From positions 338,520,001 to 338,584,000 of the forward strand of contig OZ024741.1 in assembly GCA_964016885.1 (NCBI GenBank): 64,000 nt of DNA, read 5' to 3'. Under the pieces are notes generated by a model, which worked only from the letters and a program-made list of their open reading frames with translations, was not told the origin of the DNA and made no database searches. The DNA is from Eledone cirrhosa. Lineage: Eukaryota. Position numbers and translations under genes: made by a program. Positions within the stretch are counted from its first letter, which is position 1, and each line of letters opens with the position of its first letter. This document shows, one piece after another, positions 37,072-50,146 of the stretch.

Positions 37072-37218
37072 TTATTTTATTATATATATTTCAAGGGCAA
37101 GCAAGGTATCCTTGGTGCGCTTTCATCAGATAAAATACAAGATTTGTTTTATAAATATTGACATAACCGTGGAAAAACAACCTTGACGGTTATGTCAATA
37201 TTTATAAAACAAATCTTG

Positions 37219-37283
37219 TATTTTATCTGATGAAAGCTCACCAAGGATTCCTTGGTTGCCCTTGAAATATATATAATAAAATA
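37219..37283 (+). ncRNA. Type I hammerhead ribozyme in an inverted repeat
   Basis: TATTTTAT-CTGATGA-AAG..ACCAAGG/CCTTGGT..CTT-GAAA-TATATA-TA-ATAAAATA; mirror copy at 37072-37136. Confidence 0.7.
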
Positions 37284-37413
37284 ATTATGGTTTTATAAAT
37301 ATAGTTTCCATTTGTTAATATATTGAATATTTACTTCAGTAATATGTTGAGTGCTTTATATCAGTTATAAACTTTTAAGCTTGTTGGAATCCCAACAAAT
37401 TAAATATAACTTC

Positions 37414-37447
<34 letters not shown>

Positions 37448-37448
<1 letters not shown>

Positions 37449-38435
37449 TAGCATTAAAGCCCGGCGTTGCTCGGGGTCATTAAGTTACCAAAGTTAGGTT
37501 GCACCACCCATTTTATGGCAGCACTTTTTTGTCTGCCAGGCACTGGGTGAATGAATTGCAGACCTGGAAGCATGAGCTGCGCCAGCAGTGACAATTGTAG
37601 TTTCGCCTATGGATATTATCTCTGTGCAAAAAAGTGTTTAAATTTATTGTTTCACAGTACTTGCGCAACACGCGCGTAGACGATGCCAGCCGAACAACAG
37701 AGCTGCGATGGAGTTGTTCTGCATGGTTGTCTGTGTGTTTTCTAAATTTAAGACAGTAGGGAGGGTTGTGATATGAGGGAGAGTTAGCTGTTGTTTCTAG
37801 CAGGTTTAGGGACCTCATAGAGGATATGTGTTTTCTAAATTTAAGACAGTAGGGAGTGGTGTGATATGGGGGAGAGTTAGCTGCTGTTTCTAGCAGGTTT
37901 AGTGACCTCATAGAAGATATGTTTTCTAAATTTAAGACAGTAGGGAGGGGTGTGATATGGGGGAGAGTTAGTTGCTGTTTCTAGCAGGTTTAGTAACCTC
38001 ATAGAGGATATGTGTTTTCTAAATTTAAGACAGTAGGGAGGGGTGTGATATGGGGGAGAGTTAGCTGCTGTTTCTAGCAGGTTTAGTAACCTCATAGAGG
38101 ATATGTGTTTTCTAAATTTAAGACAGTAGGGAGTGGTGTGAACGGACAGTATCACCATCAAGCTTGGAAAGAGAAAGTAGCAGAAAGTATGAAGTTGTAT
38201 AGATTTTGAATGGTAGTAGAAAGAGTTCAGCAGTTTAAATGAGAGAGAAAAATTGTAAAATATTGAGTTTTATCTATTTTTTGCGTAATTGTGGGTGAAA
38301 TTGAAAAAATTATCTGTGTCAAGACGCAATCGAAACTCTTTCGAATACTGAATTGTAAATTTCAATTGAAGAAATTCTATATCATAGATTTCTATTACGA
38401 AGGAGCATGACCACACACTGAACTTTATAGATTAT
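37448..38435 (-). mobile_element. Non-autonomous Helitron with internal minisatellite
   Basis: A|CTAG and hairpin CCCGGCGTTGCTCGGG at the left end. Confidence 0.65.
37734..38140. repeat. ~92-bp minisatellite, about 4.4 copies
   Basis: TGTTTTCTAAATTTAAGACAGTAGGGAG recurs at ~37734, 37827, 37919, 38011 and 38104. Confidence 0.92.
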
Positions 38436-38454
38436 GATGATATATATATATATA

Positions 38455-39290
38455 CTGGCTGAATTACCCGGCAGTGCCCCGGTTACTGCTGTTCTTAATC
38501 AGATTAGTAAACAATAAATATGAAAATATGTTTTTTTTCCTCATAATTATTTCAAAATATCTATATTTTATTTTTAAAATGTCAAAATTGTAATGATAAT
38601 AGAATTTAGAAATGAAAATCTATCAATCTTGAAGTGTCTTAAGGTAAACAATATTCATTGTGATTTTTTGTTGGTGTCCAGATGAATAAATCATGCTACA
38701 CACTCACACACATACATATATTAAGACAGACACACATAGATTTTCACCTCATTTTATTGACAGTCGCTACATATGTAGATGTGTGTGTGTGTATTTAATA
38801 ACATACCTAATGAATGTGCACACACATACATATTCATATACAAAATGTGATACATACACGCACACACTCACATACACATACTAAGACACACACACAGACA
38901 TACATTCATGCACACCTGTCTGTCATCACATGTATCTGTATGTGTAGATGTGTGTGTGTTTAATTCTCTGAGGCCTAACGTTAAAATAAAAATGATCACA
39001 CATGCACTCACTCTCACATACATATACTAAGACAGACACATTCACGCACACCTATTACTTGTGTAGATGTGTGTGTGTTTAATTGTTGTCGTCATGGTGG
39101 TTTACTATAGAAAGGTTATTTTAGATAAACTATTGTATTGTTTTAATCAAAATGAAAATAAAAATTACATGTTGGTACTCCCGGGGTCTAATACTATTAC
39201 CTTGTAAAATTTGATTTGATTTAGTCCAGTCGTTTGAGAATGCATAGGAACAGACAGAGAGAGACAAAGAATTTAGTATAGAGAGAGATT
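38455..39290 (-). mobile_element. Probable non-autonomous Helitron
   Basis: CTGG end with an ACCCGGCAGTGCCCCGGT hairpin; the right end is shared with 42545-42597. Confidence 0.5.
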
Positions 39291-39951
39291 CAATGTGGTC
39301 TACCTTTCGTGGTAGGGTCTATACTGTAGTTTGAACTAAATGTAATCCATTAGCAAGTAATTCAGTGAGATCCAGAAGTAGGTTCCGTGTTTTGCTGAGT
39401 CAATCCTTTAGATACAGAGTTTAACATATTAGATATTAGTTAATGATAATAATAACGAAGGTAAGTTATTTTATATATTCAACTTTCTTACTCAACATCA
39501 ACCAATCTGCAGCAAAAAATAAGTGCAATGAATTTCTATAAATGTAGGATAGCAGAAAATGCACCAATAAATCACCCCCCACAAATAGACAGAACTGATG
39601 TTACACCAAACATTACTCATAATGTAAACCAAAACACATCTAATAATACTAACTACATACCCACAACCTGCAAACTTATGTCAACTAAATGAAGTATCCA
39701 GCAATTATTAGGCTGCAATAATCTCCTCAACTGGTCATATCATTGAAAATACACCCAAAACCAGCCCAACACCAATTAATCTAAGGTAAACAAACCTAAT
39801 ATCTAACAATTCTATATCCATAATACCATCCTCAATTAGTCGCATTTCCAACGAAATAGGCACCAATACAAGCAATGATACCATTAATGATAGTAACATA
39901 ACTAATAATAACAACATAAATAATAATCTTAGATTATATAACACATCCCAA

Positions 39952-42014
39952 GAAGGTAGCTTGGAAGTGTCACTACGAAAGGCTACTAAAAGAAGAGAAT
40001 AAATGGGAGCAAGACAGTCTCCCCCACATCGATCCAATAGAGGGACCAGCAGTGCAAGTTGAAGTAGTATAATAAGTAAGGCAATCAAAGATATGAAGGT
40101 GGCTAGGCCTTCGGAAATAATTGCTGAAATGCTGAAGACGGTGGGAGACACTGGTCACCCGGATAGTAAACCAAGTTATACAGAATTGGGTCGTACCAAA
40201 GGACTGGCGTAGCAACAGCATCATTAACTGCTACAAGGGTAAGGAGATGCCCTAGATAGGGGAAACTATAGAGGCATTAAATTAATTGACCAGGTCATGA
40301 AGGTCACAGAAAAAGTAATAGTGCAACTAATCAGAGAGCGAATTGATCTAGATGAAATGCAGTTCGGGTTTGTGTCAGGTAAAAGTACCACAGACGCTCT
40401 TTTCATTGTACGACAACTACAGGAGAAATACCTAGCTAAAAGTAAACCCCTCTACTTTGCTTTTGTAGACCTGGAGAAAGCCTTTGACAGAGTCTCCCGC
40501 TCCATTATCTGGTGCGCTTTTAGAAAACTAGGTGTAGATGAATGGTTTGTGAGAGCTATACAAGCCATGTATAAAGAAACAGTCAGCAAGGCTAGAATTA
40601 ACAACGAATATAGTGAAGAGTTTAGCGTAAAAGTTGGTGTTCATCAGGGCTCTGTCCTTAGCCCCCTCCTATTTATTATCGTCCTCCAAGCTATAACGGA
40701 GGAGTTCAAGACTGGCTGCCCATGGGAACTGCTATACACAGATGATCTAACGCTCATAGCCGAATCAATGGCTGAACTAGAGAAGAAATTACAAACATGG
40801 AAGCATGGCCTAGAATCAAAAGGCCTCAAAGTTAACTTGTCTAAGACTAAAGTCCTAATATGTAGGAAGGAGAATAGGGCACTGGTCCCATCTGGGAAAT
40901 GGCCATGCTCAGTGTGTAGGAAAGGAGTAGGCAGAAACACCTTTTTATGTCCCAAATGCAAAGTATGGGTGCATAAAAGATGTAGAGGGATCACAGGTAA
41001 GCTAACTAAGAATATAGATGCTCTGGTGCAATAAGTATCAGCAAATGCCCACAGAATACTAGCTCATTCCATTGCCCAGATAGTTCTATAGAAATAGTGG
41101 ACACGTTCCGTTACCTGGGTGACAAAATCAGCAGTGGTGGAGGGTGCTCCAAAAGTACAGTAGCTAGAGTCCGAACACGATAGAAAAAGTTCAGAGAGCT
41201 TATACCACTATTGGCCGCTAAAGGTTTCTCTCTAAAAATAAAAGGCAGGCTGTATGATGCCTGCATACGAAGAGCAATGTTACATGGCAGTGAGACATGG
41301 GCCTTGTGTGCAGAGGATCTATGCAGACAGGAGAGGAACGAAGATTGCATGCTCCGTTGGATGTGTAATAGTAATATACGCGAACGGCAAAGCATAAATG
41401 AACTAAGTGAGAAATTAGGAATAAGAGGGATCAGATGCTGTTTACTCGAGAGAAGACTACATTGGTATGGTCACGCGATGCGCATGAAAGATGACAGCTG
41501 TATAAAAAAGTGCAGGACGATCAAAATAGACGGTAGGTACGGAGTAGGCAGACCCAGAAAAACCTGGGATGACTTGATAAAATCCGACCTCACACACTTA
41601 CACCTCTCCAAGACAATGTCACTGGACCGAGATCTTTGGCACTATGTAGTAATACAGAAGACCCGCCTTGCCTAAGTACAAAGCGAAACCTAGTCAGGAG
41701 GCACCTCTTAACCAAAATACACCCCCGTCCCCCTACACCACCCCTTTCGATGTAAAGCTATGTTGGTACCACAACATCCAGTCCTAAATAAATGAGGTCG
41801 TGTAGGTGTCACGACAAAAAAACACAGTCCACGCTGTAATGTGGCCATGTAGGTAATGCGGTAAAAATCTCCCAGTCCACACTGTAAACATGGTTGGTGT
41901 TAGGAAGAGCATCCAGCCGTAGAAATCCCGCAAGACGACCAATCTTGCCTCAAGTGGGACAATTCCCGTCCAAACCCATGCTAGCATGGAAGATGGACGT
42001 TAATGATAACGATG
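39952..42014 (+). mobile_element. 5'-truncated RTE LINE (subfamily C) with TSD ATCCCAA
   Basis: Homologous to the full-length copy; ATCCCAA at 39945-39951 and 42015-42021. Confidence 0.92.
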
Positions 42015-42021
42015 ATCCCAA

Positions 42022-42370
42022 ACAAACAAATGCAACTGTAGAATTAATGCTAACTGCCCCTTTAATGGCAATTGCTTGATTAGCAGTATAGTATATAAAT
42101 GTAAAGTAATTACCAAGGACCCTACACAATCCTTCATAGGTGCTACCTCTAATTCATTTAAGAAAAGGTTCTATTCCCACACCCATTTTAAAAAAAATAC
42201 TAAATTAACTAACACCATCTCACTAGCGGAAACTGTTAACAATTTTACAATGAAAAATATAGCATACAACCTAAAATGGAGTGTCCTGAAGAGAAGTAAC
42301 TCATATCAAGGTGAAAGAATCTAAGGATAGGTTATTAAATAAAAAGCAGGAATTAATTATTTCATGTAAT
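42022..42370 (+). mobile_element. Penelope-like GIY-YIG remnant (interrupted by the RTE)
   Basis: KCNCRINANCPFNGNCLISSIVYKCKV...FIGATSNSFKKRFYSH...YNLKWSVLK. Confidence 0.8.
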
Positions 42371-42699
42371 AATAAATCCTGAAAACTTTCAGATAATATA
42401 AACCCACGTAATACTTGAAATCACTATGGCCATAACTAGTTTCTTCAACCAAGTGAGACATAACTAAAAATAATATATTCTTATCCAAATAATCTACCTA
42501 TAAAATAAATAAATGTTGGTAATTAATTAAATCAGCATCAATCATTTGAGAATGCATAGGAACAGACAGAGACAAATAATTTTATATAGAGAGAGATTAT
42601 TAAATATTACTTTCTCAAGTTAGCAATACAGTTAACTTATTAATTAATCTAATAAACTTGTATAATCACCAAGTAATTTCCCTGTATCTGAATTAGAAC

Positions 42700-45600
42700 A
42701 GCTGGGCGTGAAAATCGGATTACCTTCCGAACACGCCCAGGCCTACCACCCCATGTACGTCCAAAGCTCCGTGCTCCAGCTTCCTTGAATCGGAATTCAG
42801 CACAACATGAAAGTTTTAGTCTGCGTGATGATGGGCAGATCTGGAGGTTTGTCAAGGCTGGTGAAACGTGGAAGAGAGATACCAGCTGGTCTGAGTGTGA
42901 TCTACCCACAATAACTGGCAACGTAAAAACTGCTACAACTCTGGGAAACTAAACCAAAACAACCTGCCACCCTCTACACACCATCATAAACTGCGAGCAG
43001 GGTACAAATTGTTGTCCTTAACTGCTCGCAGTTTATGCAACAAGATACATCTGTTTGAATCCTACATCAGAAGCATCGACCCTGACTTCATCGCAGTCAC
43101 AGAAACATGGGCACATTCCTTACTCTGTGATGGGGTTTTCAGCATTACTGGGTACAACCTTTTCCGCAAGGACCGCATTAATCGCCGTGGTGGTGTGATG
43201 GTCTACGTTCGTTCAAACTTTTCGGTAATTCCTTGCGTTGATTTGAACGAATCACAGGAAGAAGTTTTTTCTGTGACATACGTATGACCATGTCAACACT
43301 TCTGCTTGGTGTTGTTTATCGCCCCCCCAAACTACCATCAGGACACACAGCTTTGCGATATCCTCAGAGTTACTGCCAAGAAAACAGCCACTTATGTGTT
43401 TATTGCAGGTGACTTCAATCATCCTGAGATCGATTGGGAAACCTTTCGTTGGCCACAAGGTGCAAACGATTTCCTTGAACTAGTGCTGGACTCAAACTGG
43501 TCACAAGTAGTCACCTCTCCAACAAGAGGTGACAACACTTTGACCTGATCTTCACCACTACTCCTGAAGTGGTTATCAGTTGTACTACTGAGGAACCTCT
43601 AGGCGACTCTGGTCGTGCTATGATCATTGCCAATCTGGCACTTGAGGGTAGCAACAAAAACCAGAGCCATCTCCAATCTGCTTGCTTTGATTGCAAGAGG
43701 GCAGATTGGAACTTGTACTGCACTGAGCTACAGCGCCCAAACTGGCATGAGATGTATAACTCTGGAGATGTGAACACTATACTCCAGAGCATCCTGGACT
43801 CAATATGGATAGCGTGTGCTGCATCGGTGCCACATAAGCGGAAAAATAACCACCCCAAAAGTGCAATTTGGGAAACTTCAGCGGTCCGACTTGCCAGGAA
43901 AGAACGTTGGAACGCTGAACGGGAATATAAACTGCATAAATCAGATGCCAACAGAAAAAAGCTGAATAAATCTTCTAACCATCTCAAGCAAGTGACAAAG
44001 AAGGCAGTGCTTGAATTTGAACAGTGCATAGCAACCAATCCTGACAGTAAGGTGTTCTGGAAATATGTCCATTCAAAGCAGAGACCTCACTCTCCAGTTG
44101 GTCCTCTTCGCAATCCCCACACAAGCCAGATCACTGACGATTCCAAAGAATGCGCAGAACTCATTGCTGAGTGCTATGCAAGTATTTTTACTGTTGAAAA
44201 CCAGAATGTACCATCTCCACCATCTCTAACATCAAATTCCATTACAACTATGGAATTTACACCTGCAATGTTGCGACGTCACCTTAAGAATAAGCGCAAC
44301 TATGCCTCCCCTGGTCTTGATGGTGTGACATACCTGCTTCTCAAACGTGGCGGGTGTTTCCTTTTGCGCCAGCTTTCTTTCTTCTTTCAATACTGTCTCA
44401 ACAATGGTGCTACTCCGGAGCAGTGGAAAACTGCCAGTGTCATTCCCCTGTTCAAAAAGGGCAACCGCATGTCACCTGTCAACTATCGTCCAGTCAGTCT
44501 TACTAGCTGTATGGCCAAACTGATGGAATTCTGGGTCAGAGAAACACTTTGGAACTTCTGGAGCTCTCACAGCCTCATCCGGCCCTCACTGTTTGGATTT
44601 ATCCCTAACTCCAGCTGCTGTGATCAGCTTATCGAGTTCCTTGAATCACTGACAGCGGCTCATGGGTGGATGTTGTTTACCTTGACTTTGCTAAGGCTTT
44701 TAATTCTGTGCCACACAAAAGACTTATGGCAAAACTCTCTGCAATGGGTGTGAGGGATGATCTTTTCGACTGGTTGAAATCCTTCATTCTCAGCCGAAAA
44801 GAAGTAGTCACAGTTCTAGGACAGCATTCTTCACCATATGAGATGTCATCTGGTGTACCACAGGGATCTGTTCTTGGTCCCCTTTTGTTTGTGGCATATA
44901 TTAATGACATAGATGCCAACTTACAGAATGCCACGGTACTGAAATATGCAGATGACATCAAGCTGTACCTTGAAATCAAAAGGACTGATCCTGAAATTTA
45001 CAACTCTTTCCTACAATCAGACCTGGACACAATGCAGCAATGGATCACAGACTGGCAACTGAAGCTGGCTGTGGACAAGTGTACCACCATGCATTTTGGA
45101 AGGAAAAATCCAGCGTCCACATACTTCCTCCACAACACTGATATCAAGAAGTCCTCTTGTGAACGTGACTTGGGCATTACTGTCAGCAGCGATTTGCGTT
45201 GGACAAAGCATGTCTCTAAGATTGTCAAGAAGGCTGAGGGTGTCTTGGCATCACTCAGCAAGACCTTTGTTAGCCGCTCTCCAGCCATCTATTTAAAACT
45301 GTATACAGCTATGGTACGACCACACTTGGAATTCGCATCATCAGTCTGGAACCCCTATCTTGCTCAGAACATTGACCTCCTGGAAACTGTTCAGAGACGT
45401 GCAACCAAGCGCATACCCTCCATCAGACACCTACCATACTCTGAACGCCTTGCTTCCCTGGGCATGGATTCATTGAAGCTCTAACGTCTGGCAATGGACT
45501 TAGTGAATACCCACAAAGTTATTAACCATCTCGCCAATTGCAACCCTGAGCACCCGTTTGATCTACATGTGTCTAACACACGTGGACATGCCTACAAAAT

Positions 45601-46045
45601 CAGAAAACAGCACAGCTCCCATGACTTTCGTAGACATTTTTTCACGCTCAGAGTTGCTGAAGCATGGAACAAACTGCCTGCGTCAGTTGTTAGCTGCCGA
45701 GACACTGCATCCTTTAAAACCCTCATGCTTCCCGAAATTCGACAAAACTACACCTGATGTACCCCTTCCATGCACATGCACACATGTGTATCATGACTCG
45801 TGCACTGTTCATTGTACTGATGTTTGTGCATTGCCCTATGTACTGTACATGCACTTTCTGATGAGTTGTGGTGCACCTGGGCACTGTACACAATATTTCA
45901 TTATTATTATTATTATTATATCATGACTCATACCCTGTTCATTTTCCTGACATTTGTACATTATTCTATGTACTATACATGCACCTTTGATGAGTTGTAG
46001 TGCACCTGAGCACTGTACACAATAATTTCATTATTATTATTATTA
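42700..46045 (+). mobile_element. CR1-clade LINE, disrupted ORF2, duplicated 3'UTR with (ATT)n tails
   Basis: APE motifs IAVTETW and GDFNHP; RT motifs NYRPVSLTS, YLDFAKAF, SGVPQGSVLGP and YADD; C-terminal TRGH and FFTLRV..WNKLP. Confidence 0.92.
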
Positions 46046-46461
46046 TGTAAAAACAGCTTAATTTATTATCAATCAAATGCTTAACAACCCTCAAGACATC
46101 TTTTCTCAGAAGATTTATTACTACTAGCACAAGGCACTCACAACTTTTATGATCTTCTTATCTCCCTTTTCTTCAAAGTCTTCTACCTCTTATTCTTCTT
46201 CTATCCCTCTTATTGTATTTCTACTTCTTTGTCCACTTACTCCTCAAATGATAGTGGGGACAAGGTCCTAGAACACTCTTTCCACTATCTTTATCAATCA
46301 ATTACTCGAAACAGCCGGTGGGCCTTTGGGCCCTGTGTGTGTTGGGGGGCGCCATTTTCAGTTGTTGTTAACTGCCATACCATACTACTAATATAATATA
46401 ACATTGATCTACGAGAGGAACCCAGATCGGATATTAACGTAGTTTAACTAACATTATATTA

Positions 46462-46565
46462 TCCGCCGAGGTTAACTTTGCCTTTCATCCTTCCGGGGTC
46501 GATAGAATAAAGTACCAGTAATGCAATGAGTAATTGCTGGCCTTGTGCCAAAAGTAGAAACAATT
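46462..46565 (+). mobile_element. Nin/Deu-domain SINE 3' fragment (another at 47726-47825)
   Basis: GCCTTTCATCCTTCCGGGGTCGATAGAATAAAGTACCAG. Confidence 0.75.
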
Positions 46566-46575
46566 ATATTATTTG

Positions 46576-47709
46576 GGCACTACAACGCTATTAGCTGTCA
46601 GTCGAAAGCAGCCGATGAAAGCAAAACATCGTTTATTTCCGTATTACTACCACGCGTAAGTAGAGTTACTTAAATGAAATTTTTTTTTTTCACGTGTTTT
46701 TTAAATTTTTTATTAAAGCATATAGATGTAAGTGGAGTTACTTAAATGAAAATATCACGCGTTTTTTTATTAATTTTTTTTTTATTAAAGCATATTGATG
46801 TAAGTGGAGTTACTTAAATGAAAACAAATTTAAGTTAATTAGAAAACAAGTCATGGTTATCAAATAAATTGGATTTAATCATTTATATTTTCATAGTCAT
46901 GGTTATCAATGTAGAAAACAAGGCATTTTCACCAACAGTGGAGTTACTTCTGACAGCTAATACCATGAACTATATTTTCATAGTCATGGTTATTAATGTA
47001 GAAAACAAGTCATTTTCACCAACAGTGGAGTTACTTTGACAGCTAATACCATGAACTATATTTTCATAGTCATGGTTATTAATGTAGAAAACAAGTCATT
47101 TTCACCAACAGTGGAGTTAACTTAAATGAAAATATAGGTGGCCCTTAAAAGGGCCAAATTAGAAAACAAATTTATGGTTATCAAATTTTTTTCACCAACC
47201 CGTTATGAAGAAATGTTTAGAAAACAAATTTTTTTCACCAACCTTATTCAAAAGCATGGATACAGTCAACATGGAGATTGATGGTATCTGCTGTAGTAGC
47301 GGTAGCGATGGAAAGATCGCAATGGTTAATTCCATTAACAATTTGGCCCTTTTAAGGGACACCTATATTTTCATTTAAGTTAACTCCACTGTTGGTGAAA
47401 ATGACTTGTTTTCTACATGGGTAACCATGACTATGAAAATATAAATGATTAAATCCAATTTATTTGATAACCATCACTTGTTTTCTAATTAACTTAAATT
47501 TGTTTTCTAATTTGGCCCTTTTAAGGGCCACCTATATTTTCATTTAAGTAACTCCACTTACATCGATATGCTTTAATAAATAAATAAAAAAATAAAAAAT
47601 GCGTGAAAACTCCACTTACGCGTGGTGGTAGTAATACGGAAATAAACGATGACGAATGACGTCACCTTCGCCTGCTTTCACGACTGACAGCTAATAACGT
47701 TGTAGTGCC
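46576..47709. mobile_element. Merlin-related non-autonomous element, quasi-palindromic
   Basis: GGCACTACAACG...CGTTGTAGTGCC termini; shares a ~32-nt internal segment (~47282) with ~35955; TSD imperfect. Confidence 0.75.
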
Positions 47710-47918
47710 ATTATGGCATTGTTTATAAGGTTGATTTTGCCTTTCATCCTTACGGGGTCGATAAAATAAAGTACCAGTAATGCAATGAGTAATTTGCTGG
47801 CCTTGTGCCTAAAGTAGAAACAATTATTTGTTTATAAGGTCCCTAATTTACACAACTCTATAATTAGTATTTTTAACGTAACTGGTTTTTCTAATTAGTG
47901 TTTGCCTAGCATACGGTA

Positions 47919-50008
47919 TATAGCGAGGATACTAGTTGTATGAATGTAACAAAACGAGACAATGTTTGTGTATATAATATTTAATTAACGGTAGATAGAA
48001 TACTTGACATGTCAAAGATAGATGTTAGAATGAAACAAAGTTAGTAGTTACCGTTTTGATTGCCAGGCAAACGCGGCTGGCAGAGGGCGCCTGGCTAAGG
48101 CCAGGCGCCTGTTGGCCAAATTAATGGCAGAGCCAAATGAGAAGACTCTTGACCTGGTGCCGAAAAGGCAAAGAGAGAAAGGAAGCTTAAAGTTGTTAGT
48201 TTTATAGGGCTCTGACCGGAAGTTGCAGAAAGGGTTCCACCTCCCGTCTAGATCCTAATCAAAACAAGGGAGACAACCGCTACATAACCTCCCGCCAGAA
48301 TTTTAGTGTATAAAAATCGAAGTGAAAATATGTAGCAAGTTGGCGAGAATGTTGTAACAGGCATGAAAATTACGACAAAAGAATGTTTGGAAAAATCAAT
48401 GATAGATATCAAGGTAGCCAACCGCTCTTGGCCAGAGAACGACTGGACATCCATCTATCCATCACCCAAAGATACAATGTAATAAAGTAAAAGTAATAGA
48501 AGAGCTCAAAGTTCAAAATATAGTTCACAGGTGTGCAATCACATGACAGCAGGAAAGAATGTGTTCCAGAGAATGAATGCAGGTGGTTTCTGTTCTGTGG
48601 TATATCGTGAAATTTCCAACCTCCGAATGGATTTTCTCACAGGAAGAGTGCTGCAAAAATGAATTCTCTGGCTTTGGTGAAGCTGTATTGATGTATTGCT
48701 GTTGCTGTTATATTGCTGTTGCTGCTGCTGTTGTCTCGCTGAGTGAGCGTATTCGGTGTTTAAATTCACAGTAAAAAAAATTTACTTAGAAAAAATGAGT
48801 TGCGCAAAGTGCTAGAAATAGCAGCCGAAGTTGATGGTCGATGTTGAGAATGCGTTGACCTGGAAGGGTCAAGAGGCCAGCGACCAGAGAAATAAGCATT
48901 CTCAATAAATGCGCGGTTATCAACGGTAAATTTACATTGTAAATTTATAAACCGGCAAATAGAAGAATATAGCTTAAGGCTGAAGAATCCCTGGTGATAA
49001 ATGGCGTGCGGCTGTCTGTGAGTAGAGACATCTCAGTGAATCGAGAATTTATGCTGCCTACACGTGCCAATACAAGGTTGAAAAAAAAAATATTTCTAAC
49101 GCGCGAGAAAATGATAGTGCAATTTTGAAAGTGACAATGATGAAAAAGAAAGGCTTCAATCAGCATAATTATAGGTGTGAACTTTGGAAAAAAAACAAAA
49201 AACTTGAACGATGAAGAAAACGAAGAACAAAAGGCAATGGTTCATCGAAAATAAATGTTCCTGTTGAAATGTTTTTTAAAGAATATCAAATTTCTTTTTT
49301 TTTTTTGTGTTTTGAAAGAGTTCGTTGTAAGAAACGAAAAACATATATATATATCGCGAAATGTTTTTTTTGTTTTGAAAGTGTTCGTTGTAAGAAACGA
49401 GAAATATATATATATTGGTGAAATGCGACAGTTAATTGATGCGTGAGAGAAAAAGTATGTCTGTGCGAATTCCACATGTGCGTGTGTGCGTGTCCTTGAG
49501 TATTTTCATAGTTTGTCGCTAAATTTGCTGTGTATTCGTAATGTTACTCACAAAACCAGATGTGCTATTTTTTTCTTTTTTTTGGGGGTGACCACTTATA
49601 GCGATGAGCGGCTGCGTGTTCGTATCACGTCAGGGTTACCAATATAGCGAGGATACTAGTTGTATGAATGTAACAAAACGAGACAATGTTTGTGTATATA
49701 ATATTTAATTAACGGTAGATAGAATACTTGACATGTCAAAGATAGATGTTAGAATGAAACAAAGTTAGTAGTTACCGTTTTGATTGCCAGGCAAACGCGG
49801 CTGGCAGAGGGCGCCTGGCTAAGGCCAGGCGCCTGTTGGCCAAATTAATGGCAGAGCCAAATGAGAAGACTCTTGACCTGGTGCCGAAAAGGCAAAGAGA
49901 GAAAGGAAGCTTAAAGTTGTTAGTTTTATAGGGCTCTGACCGGAAGTTGCAGAAAGGGTTCCACCTCCCGTCTAGATCCTAATCAAAACAAGGGAGACAA
50001 CCGCTACA
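47919..50008 (-). mobile_element. Non-autonomous LTR retrotransposon (Gypsy-like, 2090 bp)
   Basis: Apparently identical 366-bp LTRs at 47919-48284 and 49643-50008; TSD GGTA; PBS at 49610-49641; purine tract GGCGGGAGG on the minus strand at 48288-48296; no pol ORF. Confidence 0.92.
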
Positions 50009-50146
50009 GGTACTTCACCGGCCAACTATGCGGACTCTACTTATTTAATTAATTTTTAAACATTCAATTTGATTTTTGATTTTAATTTTCAATTCCTAAA
50101 ATTAACCATAGCAATTTTAACCTAAATTTTTCTACTTGATATGTTC

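Noticed and set aside
37734-38140. CRISPR-like periodic array
   Set aside because: The whole 92-bp unit repeats with no unique spacers, there are no cas genes, and the context is eukaryotic; it is a minisatellite.
48539-48769. Poly-Q ORF as a gag remnant
   Set aside because: Short and low-complexity, with no recognisable gag motif.
49610-49641. tRNA-Trp gene
   Set aside because: Only the 3' 32 nt including CCA, adjacent to an LTR; it is a primer-binding site.
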